Positions 1 through 9,900 of a stretch of 34,357 nt of DNA are shown piece by piece; positions within the stretch are counted from its first letter, which is position 1, and every line of letters begins with the position of its first letter. The translations under genes were made by a program, and so were the position numbers. The notes beneath the pieces are model-generated. The model was not told the DNA's origin and made no database searches. It saw nothing but the letters and a program-made list of their open reading frames with translations. Source of the DNA: Phycisphaerales bacterium (GTDB lineage: Bacteria > Planctomycetota > Phycisphaerae > Phycisphaerales > UBA1924). The DNA is taken from NCBI GenBank assembly GCA_035549675.1, contig DASZQL010000159.1, positions 1 through 34,357 on the forward strand. The letters are read 5' to 3'.

Positions 1-1
1 C

Positions 2-469
2 ACCGCCGAACTCGGCTCGATGAACGTCACCGACCAGCTCGACGCGATGCGATCCATGGCCGCGGACCCGGTTCGCGTCCTTGTTGCGCCGCGCGTCGCC
101 GCCTGCATCGTCATGATCCCGATCCTGACCATCGCCTCGAACATCTGCGGCGTGCTCGGCGGCTGGCTCATCGGCGTTGGCGTCTACGACATCAACAACG
201 CCCGCTACTGGGAGTTCACCGCCTCCTTTGTCGAGTGGATCGACGTGACCGACGGCCTCATCAAGTCGATTTTCTTCGGCGCCGCCATCGGCCTCATCTC
301 GTGTTACAAGGGGTTTTTCTGCCGCCCCGGCGCCCAAGGCGTCGGCCGCGCGACGACGGAGGCCTTCGTGTCGAGCTTCGTCGCCATCATCGCGCTCAAC
401 CTCGTGCTCGCGAAGTTCCTGAATGACTGGCACCGCATGGGCGGCATGATCAGGGCGCTGGTGTCGTAA
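2..469 (+). CDS. mlaE: MlaE/YrbE-family ABC transporter permease, C-terminal part (5' end lies upstream of the window)
   Basis: The frame is open from nt 2 (TAELGSMNVTDQLDAMRSMAADPVRVLVAPRVAA...). This matches the conserved MlaE segment (AEiGsM.vteQiDAL..m..dP...Lv.PRv.A), followed by hydrophobic TM helices. GC3-rich codons. Confidence 0.8.
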   Translation, partial: TAELGSMNVTDQLDAMRSMAADPVRVLVAPRVAACIVMIPILTIASNICGVLGGWLIGVGVYDINNARYWEFTASFVEWIDVTDGLIKSIFFGAAIGLISCYKGFFCRPGAQGVGRATTEAFVSSFVAIIALNLVLAKFLNDWHRMGGMIRALVS

Positions 470-935
470 GCGCAGGGCACGTTCGTCTTCCCCATCCGCC
501 CCGGTCAACTGAGTATGATGTCTCGACGGGCACGGGGATGCCTTTGCGCGCGCCGGCGGTCAGTTCTGGCCGCATCGAAAAGCAAATCCGTAAAAATTTA
601 TGTCCTGTCCTTACAGTGAGTTGCAGCAAGCAAAGGCAACATTGATGGTCGCATTTGTGCGCACGCAAAATGGCCGCATAGGGAAAGAGTAGACGCAGCG
701 TATGGTGCGAAACGCACTGATAAGAAGACATCAGGACCACAGAAATATGGATTTTGCAACAAATGAACCACGATATTGTGTGATTTATTAAGAAATTGCC
801 GAGGCCACGTCACGGGCCATTGTGCTTTGTAAGCACGCAGACTAAATAGCCACCACCTAGTTAGAAGCAACACCGATCGTCGTGCGTCGATACGCTGCAC
901 GCGATTGACGCGAGCCCATAGAGAGGGACGACACG

Positions 936-3900
936 ATGAATTTCCAGACGGTCACGCGAAACCGCAGGAGCTGGAGCCAGCTGCTAATCGCCGGTCTCGC
1001 GGCACTGACGGCCTCGCACGCTCAGGCCCAACTCGTCGTGCCAATCGGGCACGATTTTGATGGCGACGATGTCGACGACCGCGTGGTCGGCTACCCCGCC
1101 GTTGGTTCGGAAGTTGCAACGGCCGGCCTCGTCCGCGTCTACGACGGCTTGACGCTCGAGCCCCGGCTCAACCTCCGAAGCGGCGAACCAGACGATGCCT
1201 TCGGTTTGTGCGTCGCCTCTGCCGGCGACCTTGACGGCGACGGTGCAAACGACATCATCGTCGGTGCTCCGCTGCACAGTCGGATCCACCTCTACGGCGG
1301 CGCGGTTTACATCTTTTCCGGCGCGACGGGCCAGCGGCTGGAACGAATCGAAGGCAATCCTTCGCAGATGATCGGCCGCGCCGTCGCCGGTGTGGGCGAT
1401 TTCACAGGAACGGGCGTGCCGTGCTACGCCATGTCCGGCAGTCAAGTCCTTCCGGACGGCTCACGCCGCGGCTTCGTTCAGATCCGAGTTCTGGGAACAC
1501 CCGAGCCGCGTGTCGTTTTCGAAGCCGACGAGTCAAACGATCTGTTCGGCGCATCGCTAGTGGGACTCGGTGATATCAACGCCGATGAGAAAGCGGACAT
1601 CGCCATCGCCGCTGAGTTAGCCACCAACTCGGGCGCGACCAGCGGCGGCATCTACATTTTCCACGGACTGGATTGCGTCTCAGGCTGTCCCGAAATCGTG
1701 CACACCGTCGACGCGGCGGCGTATTACGCCGCCGAGACCGACATGGACATCACCGCGTACGGCTGCTTCCTGCTCAATGGAACCGATGTGGATGAGGACG
1801 GCAAGCGTGAACTCCTCGTGGTGTCGCGAGGCATCGATTCCGAAGATCGCGCGGACTTCGTCCTCGACTCGATCTCTCTGGACGACGGACAGATCGTCGC
1901 GCAGGAGCGCTCGCTGTTTCTGATCGCCGACGGCGACGTGAACAAGGATGGAACTGTTGCGCCGAGCGACGCCTTCCTGGTCATCCAGAACATCAGCAGT
2001 AGTGAGTCCGTTCTCGATTGGTTCCACACCGATGTGAATAGCGACGGCACCGTGGATCTTGATGACGTTTACCGGGTCATCACAAGCTTCGACGAGGACT
2101 CGCCGCTGGTCGTCCGCGCGGGTTCAGCCGCCGCGGCAGGGGCGGTTGCCGCCGGCACATATCCCCCCGGAGGACTTCCGACATGTGTTGGATGGATTTG
2201 GATTGGGATACTTCCCAACCCGAATGAACCACAGAATCCAGAGGACGACTTTGTCATTCCAGAGTGTTGCATTCCGCAAGACAACACTTGGGAGACCCTC
2301 GACGATCTGCTGGGCGGGTGCGGCACACCCAGGGACCCCATCGAGCCGGAGCCGGATGACGGCATTGTCGATCCCGGGCCGCCGAATCAGGGCGGACCGA
2401 TCATGTCGGGCCCGAATCCAGACCCGGATTGTCCCACTCCCCCATGCCCGTGCCATTGTGTGCGATCGTGGCGGGGCAACTGCATTATCGTCGAGTGTGA
2501 CCACATCATCAGCTATCCCGGTAACCCACCCACTATTCGTCCCAAAGATCCAAGAACCCCAAGTCCGAACCCGCGCGGGCCGAGAGGGAACGAGTCTCGG
2601 GCGGACACCACCAATGATTCAAACGACTCCGTTTCCAACCCCGAGTTGGACCGTCACGGACCCGGTGAGTCCACTTGCAATCCGGTCCTTCTCTCCGACG
2701 GCATCAAAACCGAGCAAGATGAAGACTTGCGCGTCGCGCTTCCGGGCCGCGACTTTGTTCTGAAGCGCACGTACAGCGCCGGGTCCACGCAGGACGATCC
2801 GCGGTTCCCGAGCATGATCGGCCGCGGCTGGGGCACTTCCGCCGACGGGTGGGTTACCTTCGTCCCGACTCGAATGGATTGGGTCAGCATTGAGGCCGAC
2901 GAGTCCAACGCATTTGTTGACGCCTTGGAGGTTGTCGCGTTCCCGGTCGAAGGGAGCACGAAGCTGTTCGTAAGCGAAGACGACCCGAACCGCTTCGACA
3001 CGCTCGCCCCGAGCCTGACTCACGGTTGGCGAGCCGCTGCCCGCGTGCGCGGCGTTCTAGTTCCGGTCTGGCTCATCGAGACTTCCGGTCACGGACAGAC
3101 GGTGTACTACCGCACGTCCGCGCGTGAAAACGGAGAGGGCACACTCTCCGAAGAACTCCAATCGCTCGACGGTCGAATCCTGCAGGAACGCGACGAGTTC
3201 GGCAACGCGTTCACCTATCAGTACATGTCGCTCACCGATTCCGACGGCCACGCGGCGAGGCCGCGCCTCAAACGCCTGTTCCTCGGCGGCGAAACCGAAT
3301 CGACCTGCAAGGCCAAGATCGAGTTTGTGTGGGATCTCGGCACCGAGTCAGCCCCGGGTTCCGGGCGGCTGACCGAAGCCAAGGTGCTACGCCCACAGGG
3401 CAGTTCGTGGGTCACCATGCAGTCGGCACGCTACACCTACGTCGGAGACCTTGATTTCGGCGATCGAAGCGCGGTCGGGAACAATGTCAATCAACTCGCC
3501 GCGGTCCGCCAGCGCGTCCGGCTCGACGCCGGCGACGCGCCGGGAGAAGGGTCGTGGTACGCACGCGGATACCACTATCGGTACCACCACTCGATGAGCC
3601 ACGGACCCGCTCTGCTCACGCACGTCTTTGAGCCTGAGTCCATCGAGTATTTCGCCGAACATTGGGCCGCCATCTCCGCGGACTCGCAAGACGAATCCAT
3701 CGCGATGGCGATCAACAAGCTCATCGAGCATCACAATCTCAGCGAGGCCGTTGGCGGATCCGGAAGCCCCACGGTCAGCGAGCTCGCGAGCAAGGAGATC
3801 CAGTACTACTCGAGCGGCGATTCCGCGCCCGGCTACGACGAGGGCAGCCTCGAGGGCCTCGTCAGATCCGAAATTCTGCACCGTGGTTGTTCGTGTTCCG

Positions 3901-6900
3901 GCGGTCAATCTTCGAAGACAGAGTTCGAGTACGCGCAGCGAGCAATCCAGGACGTTGAGCGGGTGCACGAGTCGGCGGGCGGCACAGTGACGATGCACCC
4001 CATCAGAATGTCCAAACTGACAATCCGCCGTGATTCCGTGTGGCGCGATGGTCAATGGCAGGAGCACCAGATCGTTCGAAACTGGTCCGAGGATCGGCTC
4101 TTCGGCCTCGGCTGGGGCACCTTCGGCATCCCTGCCACCTTCGACCATCCCTTCTCAGTCACCGTCCACATCCTGCGGTGGGTGCCGGTTCCCTTTGTAG
4201 TCGCGAACGAGGTTGAAGATCCCGCCACCGATCGCGTGTGGCGGACGTACTTTGAGTTTGAGAACCATAATCCCGTTCGCAAGTTCAATGCGTCGGCGAT
4301 CGCATCGTTTGAGACGACCTCTGCCGGATTGCTCAACTACGCTGACACCAACGATGATCCTGGCGCAACCGCAGACCCGAAGGAGGCGGTGAACTTCAAC
4401 GAGGGCGGCGTGCTGGAACTCAGCCAGTTCGACGACTTCGGCCAGAAAACCGCCGAAGCTGTCGCGCGAATCAGCTCTATAGGGGAACCGCAAGACGAGA
4501 TCCTGCTCCGCGAACTGGAGTATCTGTCTGACAACGAGGGGGACCGCCCGGATCTGCTAATCAGAACGACCGAGTTCCGAACCGACGAGGTAAGTGGCCC
4601 ACGCGAAGTTCGCGAATACCAGTACCAGTTCGACCACACGTCCGGAATGCGCCGAAGCCAGGTCGCCCAATCGGCCTGCATTGAGCAGCGCGAGACGCAA
4701 CAGCAACATGGCCCGCCCGGATCGGGCGAGGTCGTCCGCGCGAGTGGCTTTACCGGCGCGGGCGATACCGCATGGACGAGGTCGGGTGATGGCTCGTTCA
4801 CCGTGATGACCTACGACACGCTCACGGGGGCGATGACCAGCACCGTGAGAAATGCTCCCATCACCGACGCGCTCCCGTCGCCGAGCTTTGGGATTGCCGC
4901 GTCCGGAGACCGGTCCGCCGATGGCGGACAACTGCTCACCGTGCGCGAAGTCGATCTTGCCGGCAGGCCCCGCAGCGTCACCGATGAAAGCGGCAATGAA
5001 ACGATCTTTGATTACATAACCGAACCGGTCTTCACGTACGCCACGCTGGGACAGGTTGCATCGACTCCGACCCTAACCGCAAGCAACCAGCACTACCTGC
5101 GCGTCACATCGACCCCGCCGACCGGTGTCGGCCCTGTGTCCAGGCAGTGGGCCAACGCCGGGTACCAAGTTCTCCGATCGAGCAGCTACGTTCCGGGGAG
5201 CGGCCTCGAGATCGGCAGAGTGATCTATCAGTACGACAGCCGAGGCCAGCACCGCGAAACACGGACGTGGCACGACATCGCCGGTGATCTGTCCAACCTC
5301 GAGCAGTACGAGTACGACGGCCTGGGCCGCCTGATCCGCACGATCTCCGCAACGGGCCATGTGGCCGAGACCGACTACGACAGCTTTGACCGCGTCATCG
5401 AAACGCGGCAGGGATCGGCCGTCGGCAGCATGCAACTGGTCGAACGCAACTTCTATGACCATACCGGAACGCTTGCATCACCGCACCAAGGCGTCGGAGA
5501 CGGACTTCTCACACTGACACAGCGGTTCGCAAGCGGCAGTGACATCCGCTCGACGGTCTCGATTTACGACTGGCGCGGCCGGAAGCGCCTCAGCTATCTG
5601 GCGGGCTCATCCGCCATCACCCCCGCGAAGGGTGCCTATGTCGCCGAGGTTCTTGACAACCTGGGACGACCGGTCGAACAAGCCACCGTCAGCGGCGAAC
5701 AAAGTCTTTCATCGCTTATTGGTTCCCTGCAAGACGATGAGCTCACGTCCTTTACCGAATTCCTCGCAACCCCGAATCACCCAGTGGAGCGCGTTCGCGC
5801 GCTGTCCTACGGACCCCGCGGCCTCGTCTTCGAGGACACCGATTCGTTCCGTAACGATGGCGGCGTGCTTTCACGCACAACACGGCATTGGCTCGACGAT
5901 GAAGGTCGCGAGCTTGTAGCAGTCGGTCCGGATGGCCCGGTCGTCAAGAAACAGTACGACGGCCTCGGTCGCGTCACGACGACCATCACCACCGACGGCG
6001 CCGCGGCAAGATCCACCTCCAGCCCGTCCTTCGCCGCCGTCACCGCGATGGAGCCCACGACCGAGGTCACCTTCGAGCGCACCAGTTCTCTGTTCGATGG
6101 CCGCGGCCTGCCGGTGCTCGACCGCGTGGAACAGCGACGCCACGATCTGACCGATTCGACCAAAGGCATCGGCGGGTCGCCGGTCAAGCAACTCGCCGCG
6201 ACCGTATACGACGGCGTCGCCAAGCCGATCGCGACTGTCCGTTATGGGAGCGGACTGCAATCCGGATCCGCATCGGATTCCTATGCATCCGGAGGCGGAA
6301 CCGACGCGGTGCCCCTGACCGCCGTACCCACCCGGGGCCCCGGCCGGATCATTACCGAAACACACTACGACGACGCCGGGCGCGCCACTGAGTCCGTGGA
6401 TCCCCGCGGCATAGTCAGTCGGATGATCTACGACGACGCCGGCCGGGCTGTCGCCACGATCGACAATGTTTCAGATCAGTCCGGCGGCGACCCCGTGAGC
6501 GTGACCCGCGACTCGGACGGTTTGTGGAGCGTCGTCAATCGTCCGACAAGCGAGCATCCGGAGCAAGATGATCGGAATCGCGTTGTCTCGATGGTCTATG
6601 ACGGCGATGGGAACATCACCCACCGTATCGCGCACAAGCCGGCAACAAGCGGCGATGAGCGGCAGGTCACCGAATATGTCTATCAATGCCCCGGCACAAC
6701 GAGTCTGGAGGGGGGGGGCGGCAGCGTGACGAACGGAGCGCTGTCCAACAAACTCCTTTACGAAGTCCGCTATCCCAACCCGGGAACCGGCCTGCCGAGC
6801 ATCACACCCGAGGATACCGTCCGCTACGCCTACAACCGTCTCGGCGAGAGGCTCGGCGCCTTGGATCAGAACGGGACGCTGATCAGGTACCAGCTCGACG

Positions 6901-9900
6901 AAGCGGGTCGGATTCTTTCAGAAACGGCGACGTGTTCATCACCGAGCATCGATGCCGAGTCGAACAGAATTGCGACCGCGTACGACAGGCTCGGCCGCGC
7001 TTCGACCATGTCCATGACCGACGATGGCATGAGCATCCACAGCCAGATGGCGATCGACTACGACGGTCTCGGTCGCATCACGCGCGTCCGGCAAAGCCCG
7101 TTCGGGTCCATCACTCATGTCGCGACCACAGCGGTGGATTATCAGTACGACGGAACGACCTCCGCCGGACAGTTGGTACACGATCGTCTCATTGAAATGG
7201 CTTACCCCGCGTGGTCGCCCGAATCGTACAGACCTGTCCAGACCATCGCCTATGGGAGCGAGGCATCTTCGTCCGATCGCATCTCGCGCATCACCGGCTT
7301 CTCATGGACCCGTGGCGGAGCTGTGGGCTCGACGGACATCATCGGCTCGGCTTCTCACGAATACCTCGGCCTCGCGCGGCGCGTGGTCTCAAAGTTCCAA
7401 AAAGCGACCGGTGGCATGCTGGTTCGAGACCGGTGGGTGGATGCGGACACCGGAGCCCACACCAGCGGCAGTTACGAGGGTCTCGACCAGTTCGGACGCG
7501 TTCGGCGCCAACTCTGGACGCTCGGTGAACCGATCAATCCCTCGGCCTCGGGTTCAAGGCCGCCGCTTGTCCGGCTCGACTACGCCTACGACGATGGCGG
7601 AAACACCCTGTCGCGACTGACCCGTCGCGCGGGTTCAAGCGGCGCCGCCACCCCTCTGCGCGATGAACTCAATACCTTCGACGGCCTGAATCGCTTGACG
7701 GAGAGCCATCGGGGCGAGGTAAGTCAGATCGGTCGTGGCAGTGAGCAGTGGGTGCTGGACCAACTCGGCAACTGGACAACGTGCAGGCGCGCCACACTTG
7801 TCGCGGGCGGTTCGTACAACCGTGTCGAAGGTCGCGAGTTCAACGCGACCAACGAGATCAAGAACACAGAAATCACGGGCACCGATGCGCCGTCGCAACG
7901 GCTGTTCGAGTACGACCACGCCGGCAACCTGGTCGGCCAACGGATCCTCGACGCGCTGGACGACGAGGGCGAGTTCGCCGCGCAGCGCTGGAAGCGGTTC
8001 ACGTACGACCCGTGGAACCGGCTGGTGAAGGTCGAGATCGAGCGGCGGGCCGGCGCCCTGGTCGAGGGGCCGCGGAAGACGGTCGCGGCGTACACCTATT
8101 ACGCCGGCAACCAGCGCGCGACAAAGACCTGGCGTGCGAACCGGTCCGCCGATTCGCTCTTCTTCTCGGATGATGATGACGGCGAATCGGACCCGCCCGG
8201 ATACGTCGATACTCCTGATCGCCGCTCGACCTATATCTATGATCGTGACTGGCACTTATTAGAAGAGCGAACCGAGGGGTACAACGCCGGGCAGCGGGGC
8301 GAGAACAGTCTCGCCTCGCCGTACGCCGGCCCGTGGGGTTGGGGACCCGGCGGCTCCTTCGCGGCTGCGCCGGACGAAGAAGCACTCCGCGTCAACCGCT
8401 ATCTCTGGGACCCCACGCAGTGGGATGAGTTCGTCCAGTTCCGATCGTTGCACGCGGAATCGTCGGGAAGCAGCCAGACAGTGGTTGAAGACGAGCGCCG
8501 CTGGGCGCTGACGGACCGCAACCACACCGTCATCGGTCTGGTCGACGACGCCGCGGTGACGGCCAGCGCGAGCTCGATCGTCCCTGAACAACTGCAGCGC
8601 AACCGCTACTCCCCCTACGGCCGCGCCGAGCGCGAGTGGGCCGCGGACGTCGACGGCGACGGCCGGATCAATATCACCGACCTGAACAAGATCGCCGACG
8701 CCACCGACATGACCCTCGCCGCGGATGGTTCCAGCGGCGAGTACATCCCGGGCGCCGACGTGGACTCCGACGGCACCATCGGCACGACGGACCTCTTCCA
8801 CGCCACCACGGTCCTGGCGCTGGGCACCGACCCCTTCGACCTCGACGACCCCCTCCACACGGATCCGATTGGCCCCGGCGGTGTACATGCTGTGGAGGAC
8901 GGCTCGCTCTGGCGCTCCTACTGCACCATTGGCTACAGCGGAAGCCTCTACGACCAGCACGCGCGCCTCTGGCTCATGCGCTCACGCTGGTACGACCCCG
9001 AGCTCGGCACTTGGCTCACGCGCGATCCGGCCGGCTATGTGGATGGCATGTGCCTCTACCGCTATGTGCGCGGGAATCCGTGCTTATACTTCGATCCATT
9101 TGGGCTGTTCTCATTTGGCGAGTATTGGTCTGACATCAAAGCCGGCGCGGCGGAGCTCGTTGCTCGCATTCCGAATGCGCTGACAGGTGCGGCAACGGGA
9201 GCCGCCACGGGCGCGGCTACGGGGGCAGCCGTTGGTGCAGGGGTAGGACTTGTCGCCGGTGCTGGCGTCGGCGCGGCACCCGGTGCAGTCGCGGGTGCCG
9301 CCGCTGGAGCGACCGGTGGAGCAATCGGCGGGTTCATCAGCGGGCTTATGGCCGATTCGAGCACGCCGGTCACCGAGGTGATGAAACAGGCTGCTATTGA
9401 CGGTGTTGCCGCAGGCATTACGGGAGGCGTTAGCGGCCCATTGCTCGGTGGGACAAGCGGAACTGCGGCTGCGATGACCACCACCGGAACCGTCGTCCCG
9501 GTTGCGGCGAGCACAGTTCAAGCCTCGGCACAAGCTGCTGCCGCGACCGCCGCAGCAGCCGGTATTATGGCCGCAAAGACGCAGGGACCAGCAACAAGCC
9601 AGACTACCCCAAGCACAACAGGAGAAGGAGCGAAGGGCGGTACGTACACGATGGTTGATCCCGAAACTGGCAATGTCGTTCGATCAGGGCGGACGAATGA
9701 TTTATCGCGACGGCAAAAAGAACTGGGACGCGACCCCAATACCAAACATTTGGAATTTAGAGAAGACATGAGAACAGACAATTACAACACACAGCGAGGT
9801 CGAGAGCAAAAACTACACGATTATTATAACCCACCTCTAAATAAGATTAATCCAATTAGCCCTATGAATCCCAACCGACAAAAATACATGGATGCAGCCC

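Noticed and set aside
9185-9230. Tandem 12-nt repeat (TGAA codon units) as a microsatellite
   Set aside because: The copies are imperfect at the DNA level and are part of a longer Gly/Ala-rich coding segment. I treated it as protein low-complexity rather than a DNA repeat feature.
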